From assembly GCA_043228905.1 (NCBI GenBank), contig JBHGNT010000022.1, positions 10,974,001-11,038,000 of the forward strand: a DNA stretch of 64,000 nucleotides, in the 5' to 3' direction. The first letter of the stretch is position 1; each line of letters starts with the position of its first letter. The notes beneath the pieces are model-generated. The model made no database searches and was not told where the DNA came from. It was given only the letters and a program-made list of their open reading frames with translations. This DNA comes from Azolla caroliniana (lineage: Eukaryota; Plantae; Polypodiophyta). Below, one piece after another: positions 48,400-63,601 of this stretch. A program made the translations under genes and the position numbers.

Positions 48400-51300
48400 T
48401 AAACTCACAAAACATGACATGCCCTTATCATAATTTAACTTTTATGCCCATACAAAAAGAATCATATTTGTAGTGTCCAAAATCGTCAAATCCTCTCAAG
48501 TGCAAGGGAAACCCTCTCAAGTGTTGTAAGACTAGATGACATAAGTCTATCTCCTCTTGGGACAACATCCCCATACAACATAATTGTGAAAATTGCCAAA
48601 TCAATTTCCCTTTCATCCTATGGAGTTGTTGTGTTAGCCCATGAAGTCCATCAATCAAGAACTCATTTCTCATGGTCCAATTAAACCACATCCCCCAATA
48701 TCTAAGGTAATAAAAAACAAGCTTATACAATGGTGTGGGCATAACTTTATCCTCATCCATAAAAACCCATTTATAAGGTGACAAAATATTTCCTATTATC
48801 AGTACCCAAATTTGTGACATAATCACCCAAATGGCTTTAGCAACCGAACATGTAATGAACCTATGTCTGGCATCTTCTTCAACCACTGTACAGAAAAAAC
48901 ATGTCCCAATCGAAATATGTCTTCGTTTTAAGGCCATCACCAAAGGCAACCCACCAACAATCACACGCCAAAGAAACACCTTAGCACGGAACGAAAGATG
49001 AGATTGGCATCCTGCATCCAAAACTCTACGCCACCACTTTGCATGTCGAGTAATGTACCATGAATCCAACACCTTATTTGCTAACCAAGCTCTATCTTCA
49101 ACCAACTTATGGTACACATCATTAGTGTGCACCACATAAATTGATTTCCCATTACCAAATGACCAATCTTTCCATGGTTCCTCGACCACCAACTCTGGAA
49201 TTGGGAAAACAAATCTAGGCAATGCCAATATTGATTACCAAATATACCCATATCCATGTGGTATATGAAATTTATTTCTGATTGTCCGAAAGGCCATCAT
49301 TTTCCTATGTGACTCTAAAATACCATCTTCCACAATTACCAAGCCTGCCTTGCCATTCGATTGAACTGTGAATTTAGACTTTCTTTTCCATCCCAGTGTA
49401 ATATCCTTGAAGCTGCCAACACCTCTGCTACCAATGAATTTGTATCTTTTTTGCACTCAGGAGGCCTCCAATTAAACAACTTCAAACACCAATGCCAAGA
49501 AAGCACCAATTGTTGAACCATAATAGATTCTGAACACTTAAATTGACGGGTACTATTAACAACATGCTACAACGAAGCTGTAATTCTCATTTTCCCATGG
49601 TAAATACCAACCTTTTCCACAAAATAAGTAATTATTTCTACCCAAGGTTGGGTACCTATGCACATACGTTTCAAAAGATTGAATCTTCGAGCCACCATAT
49701 GATCTTCTAAATTTAGTAAAGCAGCACCCCCTAACCATTTTGGGGTGCAAATATTGTTCCATGATACCCAACTCATACCAAGGTTTGTTTCTTTCTTCCA
49801 TAGTGTATATTTAAGTGAACTCGCTAAACGATCAAGTCATTTCTTTGTCCACGGTAACAATGGCATAAAATAAGAAATCATTGGAATCATTATAGCTTGT
49901 ACCACTTTGAGAAGAGTACTAAACGGCCATGCTTGAGACTTCCAATACATAAATTTGTCCAAAATGGTTCCCGATATCTAATTCGAAAGTTGTGATGATG
50001 TACGAATAGGGAACCTATTCCCTTGAGTTACAATTTCATCTTTCACAAAGAGAGAATGAAGTCGTCCAGAAGGCAAAACATCGAAGTAAAGGCATTCATG
50101 AGCATTTTTATAACCCCTAACCCTCAATAAGACATGTTGGGCTGAAAACATACCATACCAAAACAGACTAGTTTGAGAAGGCTGAAAGGAAGATATTGTA
50201 AAGACTCTATCCATTTCTGCATACATAATGTTCCCTCCCCAAATTGTACTACAAACATGGGTTTTGTTTTCCATCATTGAAGAAGAAAAGGTCAACCAAT
50301 TCCAAATTGACTTGGAAGAAAGATAAAAAAATGGATATTGAACCCACATCCAAATGATGTAAACAATCTCTCTGATTTATGGGTCTATGAGAATAAGCCC
50401 ATTGATTGCCTTTTGTGGGATCCTAGTGAGTGGAAATGGCAAATCAGATCAGTACAAGGAATGCTAGGTAAGCAAATCCCATTTTTTTAGTATTTGGTAA
50501 AAATGGGTAGAGAAATGCTAAGGAGAGGTGTGACTGTTACACCAACAGCTTGTAAATTTTGGAGATTTGGTAATGTAACAAATTCTTGGATGAATGCTTA
50601 TTGGAAATGGTTATGGGCCATGCAAATTCCTAAAAACGTTGTGTTATTTAGATGGTTGTTGACACATTATGGTATTCCTGTGAAGTCATGGATGCAGGGA
50701 CATTGCCAAGATTTAAAATGTGATAGTTGTAGTTCTCCCATTGAATTGGTTTACCCTATTTTATGGATATTTCCTATTGGTAGAGGAGTTTGGAAAAGAA
50801 CGTTGAGAATGTTACATCCTATTTATGGTAGGCAGGTGTACACATGGGGTTTTGTGAGATGGGGAAGATTAGCTAAAGACATTCAGAACTATGAAATGGA
50901 GTTTGGTGATTTTCTTCTCCTCTCCGATGGAAGACATGTATTGGAGGTCTCTGATACTCCAACAATCCGTTGTTTGGAAGAGGATATGGTCTGGTCTACG
51001 ATATCTTCTCTAGTAGTTTGGGTACTGTGGAAGGCTAGATGTAAATGTGTATTTCAGAAAATTAAAAAAAATGCAGTTGAGTTAGTCAAAGAGGTATGGT
51101 TAATGCTCTTACACACTTTAAGAGGTCAATATGATGCAATAGTTGGTGATCCTGAGGTTGTGATTTGTAAACAACAACAGTTTCGCGAAATTTGGAAAAA
51201 TGTTGAGGTCTTCATCTCTTTTGGAGAAAGAATAAAGTGGAGATATGATCCACCAAGACGACAACACCTTTGGAAGTCTATTGCAATTACTTTGGCAAAA

Positions 51301-54300
51301 ATGTTATACATCCCACCCATTAATGATATCGGTCTCCATTGAGCAAAAGAACTAGGACATGCAACTTTTGGTATAAGTTTAACAAGACCAACTTTCCATG
51401 AATCAGGCATTTTACCAGAACTCCACATTTCTTGGAATATCATTGTTAGAGGGGCTTTGAGTTCTAGTACAAAGGCTTTAAAAAACTCATTAGTCATGTC
51501 ATCCCAACCCGGGCTTTTATCAATTGCAAGATGTGACAATACATATTCCACCTCATCCTCCTTTATATCCTCCTCCAATGCAATCATGACATGTTGCTCA
51601 GCACTCACCTTGACTGAGTTAGATAGCATCGATCGTGCTTGTGTTATGTCATCATTCATAATACAGTCTTGCCCAAAAATATTCGTGAAATGTTTAACAC
51701 AATTATCAATAATCACTTGTGGGTTTCTATTTAAAGTTCCATCAATCTCTACACTTACTACATTCATTCTAGCATGAGATGCCTGCAACCCACATTGGTA
51801 AAACTTATGTGAATTACAGTTGATGTACTTCCTTTTTCATAGCCATCACCTGTGATTGTTGATAACTACGAACCTCCAATACTAGTAAAGCTTGTGACAG
51901 TGTCTCTTGAATATCCAATAACACATCATCAAATGGAATCTTTACCAACAATGCATTACATCTGTCTAGAAAGTGTTGTAATAAACTCATCTTTTGTTTA
52001 CGGATAGATGCTTGATAAATTCCATAATATCGTGTAAATCGTTGAATATTGGAAAGACAAATATCCCATGATGAAACACCGTGGACATTGACTTGTCTTG
52101 TAAACTCCCCCACCAATTGTCCTGCATTCCAAAACAACTAGGAAATGATCTGATGATCCAATCCCCCTATACACTTGCATAGTTAAAAACTCTGGCAAGA
52201 ATGTATCATCATGCATAATTTAAATGTGATCCAGTCTACTCCAAGTTGATCTATATTTTGCCGATTGAAACGTATAACCAACATCATTTCCATTGATCCA
52301 GGTCCATGCATCATACCTTACGACATCCATCATAAACAAATCCCATACCTCTTATTTGGGAGCATCCATCAAGCCATGCATCGAAGTAGATTGGCCCATC
52401 TCCAAACACATTAAAATCCCCTAACAAAAAACCTGATCGCCCATGAAGCAAAACTTGATTTAAGCATCTCCAAAGTTCCATACGATATATTGCAACATTT
52501 GATCCGTAAATACCAACAGCCCAAATTTGTTTCCCTTCATAATTAACTTCAACCACCAAGAACCTACCATGTACATCTCTTTGAACTAGTACTAGTTTCA
52601 AACTATCCCTTATAATAATCATTACACCTGAATAAGGGCCCCCCCCCATTGACTCCAACATAAAACACATGATATTGCTTAAGATGAAAAGAAGACCTAG
52701 ACCTAGCATGCTCCTTATGTTCTACTGCACATAATATATCCCATTGACTATTAAAAATACTTTTCCACATACCATACTACTTGGACGGAGAACACATTCC
52801 CGTTACATTCCATGTGACTATCTTCATCACTTACTAATTATTTTGCTTCTTGGCTTGTTCTTGTTCCCGTTGTGGAAATATCTTTGGTATATCACTGAAA
52901 TAATCACTTAAGACTGCAAATGCATTTTGCACAGATGGTCGATGATTATTGGTGGGTACCATTGTACCCAATGAATTATCTCTTTTCCAATTTTGTTTTT
53001 CTAATGGTAAATTGATTTTACCGTTCTTATCAAACCTAAGGTTGAAAGGTTTTGTCCCTTGATTAGATTGTTTATATTGTGACCCTTGCTACGGTTTTGA
53101 CCTTCCTTTCAATTGATCATAATTATGTTCATGTGATAACCCCATAGGATCCCTAGAGGAACTACCCCTCTCTTGCCCATTATGTGCATAAACTTTGTCT
53201 TTTTGGTACCTTGGATGATTTACCTTAGAGGCCACCTTAATCCAAGATCCACCGTCATCCATTAAATCTTTTCTTCTTTCTTAAATATGTTTGTCATTAT
53301 GTTCCAAAATAACGACACTCTTACCTTTTTCCACATTTGCCTCCTTAGTTTTCAACACCGCATTATCATTTAGTACGGAGTCTAACATTAACTCATTACC
53401 ATGGCAATTATTAGTCACCTCCATTTCCAGTGTTTGATGACATTCCGCCATGAAATGGCCTAAACGACCACATCAGAAGCAATGATCAGCAAATGATCCC
53501 CAATGCAATTGGCAATGGAATGACCTCATCTCCTCAGTCTTTATGTTTAGCCATATAGGCCTCTTTTTTGTTGTATTCCATAGCATACATAGCCTATATC
53601 TATTATATGCTTTGGCATTTGGGGCTACTATCACCTTCCCCAATTGTTCCATGACACCTTGAATTATAGGCCATAAAAACGAAAATTTACACTCTACCTC
53701 CACCCATATTGGACACTCTTGTTTCAATATTTCCGGAAACTCGGCAAGTGGTTTCCAAGGGATAATATAAAGTAAATTATTATTATAAAAGACCGGCAAA
53801 CATGATAACAATCTATCCCATTGTTCTTCGGTTCGAAAAATGACCTAAAAAAACCCACGTGGACCTTTATACACATCTTCCACACTATTTCTACCAATCA
53901 TTGCATTTAGCCATTGCGACACCCAATTTACTAAAGGATTTTTCCCTATAAAGAAACAAATAATGCCTCTCTCATGAATCATGGAAAATGCCTTTAAGAT
54001 TTCTCTAGATGGCATCCCAATCTTATCCTCTTCTACATTGGCCACCATATCTATAGTATCTGGTAAAATCTCATGGAGTGCTTCATTAGCAACTACATGC
54101 ATTACATCCCAATATTGTGCATTCATCCCATAACATGTGCATATGATGGACTTGGCAGCATATCTATATCCCCCTCATGCATATTATTAATGCCAATCTT
54201 TTGTTTCTTCAATTTATAACCTCATCTTCTCCTTCTCCTCTCTTAATTTGTATTTGTCTCTCAATTATACCTTCATCCATTTCTTCCATGTATATACTAT

Positions 54301-54560
54301 GCCCCAATTATAAGGAAAAGGAAATTAATAGGAGGATGATTAACCTAGAATAGACAAGATGACATTCGAGCTTTGCCGGTGAAGAAGAATGTTGTTGTAG
54401 CACTTGCCCAATTATGTCGATGTAGCCGCAAATAATTGTTCCGCCCTCTTCTTCTCCTCCTCCTCCTCCTCCTCCTTCTCTTCCTTTTTCTAGTGATTTT
54501 CTAATTTTCTCCTACTCTGTTTCTCTGATTTTCACGTTTCCCCTACTCTGTTTCTCCTAC
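48400..54560 (-). mobile_element. Decayed L1-clade LINE (ORF1 ~54130-52840, ORF2 from 52827); RT core replaced by a foreign fragment
   Basis: ORF1 GPRGFF..PWKP..CPIWVE with knuckle CF*CGRLGHFMAEC. ORF2 MKIVTWNV, GDFN, SDH, KSPGWD, WRPISL. C-terminal zf-RVT KVFLWR..CFFC..EDARHRFITC. Confidence 0.9.
49980..51265 (+). mobile_element. 3' ORF2 fragment (zf-RVT region) of a different L1-like LINE in opposite orientation
   Basis: WKWLWAMQIPKNVVLFRWLL..CDSC..VWVLWKARCKCVF. The peptide differs from the minus-strand zf-RVT at 48428-49228; left boundary approximate. Confidence 0.75.
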
Positions 54561-54739
54561 TCCTTTTCTCCTACCACATTTTTTCGCTTCCTTTTTCTCG
54601 TGATTTTCTGATTTTCTCCTATTCTGTTTCTCTGATTTTCACGTTTACCCTCTCTCTCTCTCTCCAATCATAAAAAATGATGAACATAAATGCTACATAT
54701 GGCTCAAATAAGAAACACCAATGATTTGCCCACTTTTGT

Positions 54740-57700
54740 AGTTGGATGTTACATTCCTCATCAAGATTCTAACTTTTATAGTTGTTTGGATAAAGATCAA
54801 CCTTTGCCAATCTAGAAGATCATATTTCTTATTTCAAATCCAAAGGGGAAGTTATTGTCTTTGGAGACATGAATTCCCGTACAAGAAGTTTCCAACTTGA
54901 TTCACAAGAATCTTTCATGCCACATATCTCAATGATGTAAGAGGATATGCAAATGTATAATCGTTCTTCTAACGATGAAAAAGATCCAGACCAATTTGGG
55001 AAGTTACTCCTACAAATGTGCAATTGTACCAGATTGCTTATTGAAAATGGTATTTCCTTATGGCCCAACACGAATGGTTTTACACGTAGAAAACACAACG
55101 GAAATAGTGTGATTGACTATGTGCTACTTTCCGAAGGTATTTTGGATCATATACATAAATTTTCACTTGGTGAATGGACACCAGAATCCGATCATAGGCC
55201 TTTATGTATTGATCTCAAATGTATGCATAGGTTTGATTGTGAGAAGGCTATTGAAGATAATAAACAACCACACTTGAGCATGAACCTTAAGTGAGTGCCC
55301 ATTTATTCCAAGATGGTTGAGGATATGTTACAAAGGACAAAGATACAACATAGTGCCACACTAGAATGAAAATGGGACGCTTTTAAGAAAGCCATTCCCT
55401 CTTGTACAAACAAATGTTTTTCGATCGACCGCACATCTTGGAAGTGCACCAAGAAACTTAGGAAAAAATGGTTTGATAAAGAATGTCATGAAGCTCAAAA
55501 GGGCCTTATGGTTTTGGATGTAGTTAAGGATAAAGAGAATTACCAAAAGCATTTGCATGAGTATAAAAGGTTTATTCAAAGAAAGAGAAGAATATGGGAA
55601 GTTACTCAACAATTTATCCAAATGCAACCGAAAGCACATGAATGTGCTAAATTTTGGGGAAATCTAAAGGGGAAACGTGTTGAGAGTTATGGTGACTTAA
55701 CTCTTCATGACTTATCTATGCATATATCTTCATGACTTATCTATTGCCGAAAAGATGGTGTGTTATGGTTCTCTTTCACATATGTCTCCCTTCTTTACGA
55801 TTGAAGATATATGCATAGGACTTCAAAAGGCAAGCGATCTTCAATGTATAAAGGCTGAAATGCTCAAATGGACGGGAAAGGAAGCATAGGTATGGATAAG
55901 AGATATGTTTAATGATGCATTACAACAGGGTATGCCATACGATTGGACTACAAATTGGATCAAACCTTTACATAAAGGTGGAGATATAAATAATGTAAAC
56001 AACTATCGAACCATCATGGTTGGCTCATTAATGGCAAAACTATTTGGATGTATAATGGAATCAAAGATAAGTGTATGGGCTGAAAAAAGTGGTAAGAGAG
56101 CTTATGGACAAGCTGGCTTTCGGAAACACCATAGCACCATTGATCACCTTATCACCCTTCGAGTATTAATGGAGGAAAGTCGCCTTAGAGGTGAAGGTTT
56201 ATATTGTTGCTTTGTAGACTTCAAGAAAGCTTTTGATATGGTACCTCGTGAGCATCTTTGGAGGCGAATGGAAGAACTTGAGGTGCCAAGTGAATATATG
56301 CTTACAATTTCCTGAATTTATGAGAAGGTTATATGTTGTGTGCATATGAGAGATAGAGTTTTAGATTTTTTTAGTAGCACTATTGGTGTTAAGCAAGGAT
56401 TCCCACTCTCACAAACACTATTTGGTCTATGCATTGATGAATTGGAAGAAATGGTTACCAAGTTTGCAAAGGAAGAATGTGTTCAAGAAGTTGTCATTGG
56501 GAATGTTGTGATTATGCTTTTGCTATATGCAGATGATGTAGTGCTTTTTGCAAATACTTTAGGAGATGCACAAAAGCTTATGAAAGCATTGGAAAAAAAT
56601 TGCATGCATACTAAATTAAGTGTCAATAGCTCTAAAACAAAGATTATGCTTGTGATGAGCCAAAAAAGAGATAAACCATGCATTATGTACAACAATGAGC
56701 CACTTGAATGTGTGGAAAGCTTCAAATATCTTGGCCTTGAAGTTCCTTCAAATCATAAATGGAATGAATGTGCTACATGCCACTTAGGGGCAGGTAAGCG
56801 AGCATATTATGCATTTGAGAACACATACAACCTTGGAGATATTAAGTGTTGGGTCCTCAAGAAATATCTTTTCGATACTTTGGTGACACCGATTCTTCTC
56901 TATGGGGTGGAAGTATGGGGCGGTAGCATCCCTAAATCTATGTGGAAAGAGTTTGAAAATGTCCAAAAACATTTTCTAACAAAGTTTCTATAAGTTAAGA
57001 AACAAACGCCCTACACCCTCCTCCTCCTTGAGACGGGATCGCTTCCCATTGAAATCATGGCCATGGAAAGGGTTGTTGAATACATGCTTAAGGTTCAAAA
57101 AAGTCCCTCACATCGGCTTCCTAGAATTGCATGGGAAGCAAGCAAAAAGATCCAAAAGACGCATAAAAGCAAAATTTTGTGTAACAGTTCCTGTTGGATG
57201 CAAGATATAGAAAAATTGTTTGGTAGATCGGATGCGAGACACTTGCTTCATGTTGCATCACTAGATTCCTCTGTAAATGAGGCCTTTTTGCAACGCCAAT
57301 GTATCATGACATGGGACAAATGTGGAGGCTCACGCTTCACACATTATACTACACATGTTGCACCTAACTACAAAACCATATTCTTTGCGGAACAGGGAAA
57401 CTGTACAAATCGATACATGTTAGAGCCCATCCCGTTATCTGCCATTGGAACCATTGCTTCTATGAGACTTAGCTCACATGGATTGCGATGTGAGACAAGG
57501 CGTTGGGGCACAAGTGATGAGAGTGGACGACTATTCACACTCTTCCCTAAACAAGTTCCGGAGTCTGAGTATCACACTTTGATACAATGCTCTGCCTTTG
57601 ATCATATTCGACCATGCTTTCCACATCTCTTCGACCGAGCCCAATCCTTGCACGAATTTCTCTCACAACCACAATGTGTACTCTCGATTGCAACATTCAT

Positions 57701-57770
57701 TGGTAAAGTTCTTGAACTACACACTTTCACACGTTTTCGTAAAGATTTTCGCCAATGGTGTGAAAATTGA
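54740..57770 (+). mobile_element. Decayed RTEX-like (RTE-group) LINE ORF2: AP endonuclease, RT, C-terminal Cys/His domain
   Basis: GDMNSRT, SVIDYVL..SDHRPL, NYRTI, QAGFRK, FVDFKKAFD, GVKQG, LLYADDVVL, FKYLG, RLSSHGLRCETRRW..ESEYHTLIQC. Confidence 0.88.
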
Positions 57771-58192
57771 ATGGAATGTACAAAATCAAGTGTGGTTCTT
57801 CACACACAACATAAAAAAATAATAGTGAAGATACTATTTTATACTATTTTAATATCTTGGTACAAAAATATGGAGGTCTTTAAGAGCTTTTGAATACACT
57901 TTACCACATAAGAAACAGACAACTAAGTGGCAAGTTATGTGGGTATGAAGTTTTCGAAGAAAAAGAGAAAAAACAAAACTACGAGATATCCCACATAGAC
58001 AAGACAAATAAGGATCCCAGAGTATATAAGCAGGGCAAAAATCTATTACTTTATGTTTATGAGCGGATCATAGAATGTTCAAGGTGACTTGAGCTAAACT
58101 AACCGTGTGAATGGGTGTGGCCAAACTTCTTGTAAAGGTTTTTGGCGACCGAACGGAGACAATGAGACGACGAGACGTTAACCGGTCGGGAC

Positions 58193-58363
58193 TGTCGAAT
58201 ACATGTGTATAATGGACGTATTCAAACTATCCCGTTTTGGCCATTTATGTAATTAGCATAAAGGGTAGTTGCCCTAAGTCGGTCACTATATATAGTGACC
58301 TTGTAACCTTTTTGTAAGGTTGGGTGTTGTATTATTGCTTTGTGGAATAAGAAGTATTTTGTG

Positions 58364-58423
<60 letters not shown>

Positions 58424-61400
58424 CAACGACCTACAATCTGTCATACGCAGGTACAGAAAAGAATCGATTGCTTCTTGACCTTCCGCATCGACACGGCCTT
58501 GTCTCCAACATCTGGTATCAGAGCCTGCACAGTAGTCGGTCCTTCAATCCGCTGTCGGCCGTCGTCTCAGCATTCGGTTTCCTGCGTCATTCGAAGAAGA
58601 GAGAAGAAGAAGAAAAACGAGGCTTGCATCTCTTCGCGTTAGATCCTCTTCGCTTGGAGTAAGCCAGCCGGTTGTACTCCGTTACTTGTGATCGCAACGC
58701 TCGAGGTGAAATCCCCTTGTGCAACATTGACACGATCGCGCTCCACTCGGTTAAACGGCATCTGAAAAGGTCATTAAACGCTGCTCGCCGCTCGTTGTAA
58801 CCACTCGGTGCAGATCGGTCTCAAGACAACAACCCCAATTCGCGCTTCATCCGGCTGATCGACATTCGGGAGGATCAGTTGGATCTGTCTCTCTCGTCGC
58901 TGCAGCCACCCGAAGCAGAATCGGTCCAGATAATCGGTTTCAATAATCGGTATTCGGCATATATATCCGAAGCGAACCGGGCTCACTCCGACTCGGCAAC
59001 ATTCGGGAAGACCAGTCGGTTCTGTCCCTCAAGTTACCGGAGTCAATTCGAGCAAGTTCCGAAGCCGAACCGACTCGGGTTCAAATCCGACTAGAACGAT
59101 ATCGGGTGAGCCAACCGGCTGCACTCCAACAAGGTTCGTAGTCAACTCCGAACCGAGCTTCGTCAACCGAAACCGAATTTGATGGCATCAACATCCGGCT
59201 CGTCAGAAATGAGTCTACGAAAGTTCGATGGATCGAACTTCAACTTCTGGAAGGAACAAATGCAGGACTATCTCATAGTCAAGGGGCAAATCGATCCCAT
59301 CGAAAATGAAGAACCTCCAGAAGGATACAAACCAATTGAGTGGCAGAAGCTGGACAGAATCGTCCGCGCCACGATTCGGATGCACCTATCGGAATCGGTA
59401 TACTTTACGGTGCAATCGTGTACGACAGCATTCGAACTATGGAAAACACTGTCGGACACTTACGAAAAGAAGGTCGCCGCAACGAAGATGTTTCTGATCC
59501 GGCGCCTCTACAACTTGCGGATGAAAGAATCTGATTCGGTTCAAGCACACCTCAATGAGTACGAAAGCATAAGCTCCCAAATCTCGTCACAGGGGACGGC
59601 AATCGAGGATGAACTCAGAGCAATGATACTCATGAGCAGCCTTCCCTCATCATGGGAAACTTTCGTCACAACCGTGTGCAACGCGTCAACCACGGCTGTT
59701 AAATACTCCGAAGTCACGAGCGCAATCCTGACCGAAGCAGCTCGGAGAAAGTCTTTCGCCAAAGACTCAACAGACGACGCTTACGTAGTACAAGGTTCGA
59801 CAGACCGATCGAACATACGAGGAAGAGATTCCTCACGGCCGTCGAACAATCATCGAAGACGGAGCCAGTCACGGGATAACCGAATCTGCAACTATTGCAA
59901 GAAACCCGGACACATCAAAGCCGACTGCCGCGCACTCAAGAACAAGAACAACAAGAAGAGTGGCCGGCATGAGGAGATCAATTACGTCAGCTTCTCAGCT
60001 GATGTGCTACCAAACGACCCGAATATACTATCAATCGAAAATCCAGTCGGATCAGAAGTTCTGCTCACGACTGAAGAATCGAGCACATGGCTCTTAGATT
60101 CGGGCGCGTCATTTCATGTGACTCCTCATCGATCCCAATTTCGGCAATATACGATCCGTCACTCCGACTCAGTTCGGGTCGGCAACTCACAACACTGTGA
60201 CATCATCGGAATCGGCACAGTAGAGCTCAACCTTGCCGGTGGCTCTACACTTGTACTCCACAATGTCCGACATGTACCCGAGCTCTCAAGGCCATTGATC
60301 TCAGTCGGACAACTAGATGAAGACGGCATTCGTGCCGGTTTTTCTTCGGGAGGGTGGACACTCCACAGGGGGAACCTCCTGCTTGCTAGAGGACCCAAGA
60401 TACACTCCCTGTATCCGTTACATGTTACGCTCAGAGAGGGTAACCTGTTTTTGGTGGATATTCCTGTGTCATCACTATGGCACCGAAGATTAGGACACCT
60501 CAGCAAGGCCGGCATCACGCACCTATCTAGAGCCGGATACATCCCCAAACTCTCCTTCTCGGACCATCAATTCTGCGAGCATTGCCAGTATGGCAAACAA
60601 GCAGCCGCATCACACCCGACATCAGCACCAAGAGAAACGAGACCTCTTGATTTGGTCCACTCGGACGTCTGTGGCCCAATGCCGCATCAGTCTCTCGGCG
60701 GTGCCTCTTACTTCGTCACTTTTATTGACGATTCGACTCGAAAGGTGTGGGCTTATCCAATTCGCACCAAAGATCGGGTCTTCTCGATCTTCACCGATTG
60801 GCTCGCTATGGTGGAAAATCAAACCGACCGAAAGCTGAAATGCTTTCGGACAGACAATGGGGGAGAGTTTAAATCCGACGAATTCGTCAAATTCTGCCGA
60901 CAACGCGGCATCCGACGTGAATTTACGGCACCACACAGTCCGGAGCAAAACGGGATTGCCGAACGCATGAATCGGACAATCCAAGAACGGACAGTTTCCA
61001 TGCTCCAACACTCCGGACTGTCGGATGGCTTCTGGGCAGAGGCTCTACTCACGGCAGTACACATAATCAATATGTCGCCAAGTAGACCTCTAGGACTTCA
61101 AATTCCTCAGGAACTATGGATCGGCAGTAAGCCGAATTACGACAAGCTGAGGATCTTCGGATGCGAGGCGTACGCCCTTATTCCGAAAGATGATCGCCGA
61201 AAACTTGCACCTCGGTCCAGGAAATGCATTTTCCTTGGATATGGATCCGACGGCGAAATGGGATACCGACTCTGGGACCCCGAAAGCAGACAAATCGTTC
61301 GAAGTTCGGACGTTGTGTTCAACGAGTCGGCTATGAATCCATCAGTCGAAAAACCGATCGAAGTCCGAAGGGTAACATTTTCCGATGTGCCGACCCTTCA

Positions 61401-63559
61401 AGAAGGCCCCGCTCTTAACACACGGTCAGCTTCACGGGTAGCTGAACCTTACACTACCGACTCGGACAACTCCGACTCGGCACAGCCGAATGATTCGCTT
61501 TCGGACCATCCGACCTCGATACCCGATGCGACCAGTCCAATCTTACCTCGACGATCCGAGAGACTGTCGCAACCTCCGGAGAGGTATTCTCCTGGAATTT
61601 TCTTCACCGACGCCGGCGAACCGACGTCTTACGAAGAAGCATCGACATCTGTCGATTCAGCCACCTGGCATCTGGCGATGGAGTCGGAAATGCACTCCAT
61701 TCGGGCAAACAAGACTTGGGATCTGGTTGAATTACCCAGGAACCGACGTGCTCTTCCTTACAAGTGGGTTTATCGACTAAAAGAGACGTCTGATTCGACC
61801 ACCCCAAAGTACAAGGCCAGATTAGTTGCGAAGGGCTTCCGACAAGAATATGGCGTCGACTTCGACGAGATTTTTTCACCAGTGGTGAAAATGACAACCC
61901 TTCGTTTTCTACTCGGCGTAGTGGCAGCCGACAACTTGGAGCTGATTCAGCTAGATGTCAAAACAGCCTTCCTCCATGGTGATCTTGACGAGGAAATTTA
62001 TATGGAGCAGCCAAAAGGCTTCGTGGCGACTGGCCAAGAACATCTAGTCTGCCGACTCAGGAAGAGTCTATACGGCCTCAAACAGGCACCGCGACAATGG
62101 TACAAGAAGTTCGACGACTTCATCCAATCGATCGGCTTCTCAAAAAGCGATGAGGACCATTGTCTCTTCACCAACACAGCTCAAGATGGATCACCCATCT
62201 TCCTCATCATTTACGTGGACGACATGCTAATTTCTGGACGCCACGCGGGCGACCTTGCCGATCTCATTCGGCAACTGCGGTTGAAGTTTTCCATGAAGGA
62301 CCTCGGTCCGGCACGACACATCCTTGGCATGAAGATTAGTCGGCATCGCGATAAACGACATCTTTTTTTGTCTCAGACCGACTATACCCGACGTGTCTTA
62401 GAACGCTTCAACATGCAATCAGCCAAATCTTCTTCAACCCCGCTCCCCATGAATCTTCGGCTCTCTCAGCGAGACTGCCCGACATCCGGTCCGGAGGGGG
62501 AAGATATGAAGTCGGTACCGTATGCACCGGCAGTCGGCTCCCTTATGTACCTGATGGTCGCGACACGGCCTGATATTTCTCACGCCGTAGGAGTCGTTAG
62601 CAGATTTATGCACAATCCTGGCCGATCGCATTGGAACGCAGTCAAACATGTGTTCAGATATCTAGCTGGCACAAAAGACCACGGCATTCTTTTCGGTCCG
62701 AAACGAACCTCAGGCGTAGTCGGTTACACCGACTCGGACTTCGCCGGCTGTATAGACAGTCGGAAATCTACAACCGGATACTGCTTCAAATTCGGCAATG
62801 GAGCAATCTCGTGGAAGTCGAAACTTCAGGAGTGCACAGCGACCTCAACGACCGAAGCAGAATATGTAGCTGCGTCCGACGCAGCAAAAGAAGCTTTGTG
62901 GCTCGGTCGGCTGGCGCACACGTTTCGACAAGTCGACCATGACTCGGCTCCAGTTGTCTACAGCGACAGTCAAGGTGTTGTTGCCTTGTCGAAAAATCCG
63001 GTTCACCACAACGCCTCCAAACATATCGACGTTCGATATCACTTCGTTCGGGACTGCGTCATTTCAGGGAAAATCGGTCTAGAGAAAATATCCACAACCG
63101 ACAATGTCGCAGATGGAATGACCAAATGTCTTTCGGCAGACCGCTTTCGGTCTCTTCGGCATCAGATGGGCGTAACGACAAACCAGTCCGGTTAGAGCCG
63201 GACACAGAGCAGGATGGTTCCCGACAACCGACATCAGTTCCTTAATGATCGGCTTCAACTGTTCCGACCCGACCAGTTCGGTCTTCTGCCTTCGGACCCT
63301 ACCGACTCGAACAAAGCTGATATGTCCGAGAACCTAAGTCTATACCTGTAATCTTAGATAATCCATGTATACGCCCATTACGGGGGAGTGTCGAATACAT
63401 GTGTATAATGGACGTATTCACACTATCCCGTTTTGGCCATTTATGTAATTAGCATAAAGGGTAGTTGCCCTAAGTCGGTCACTATATATAGTGACCTTGT
63501 AACCTTTTTGTAAGGTTGGGTGTTGTATTATTGCTTTGTGGAATAAGAAGTATTTTGTG

Positions 63560-63601
<42 letters not shown>

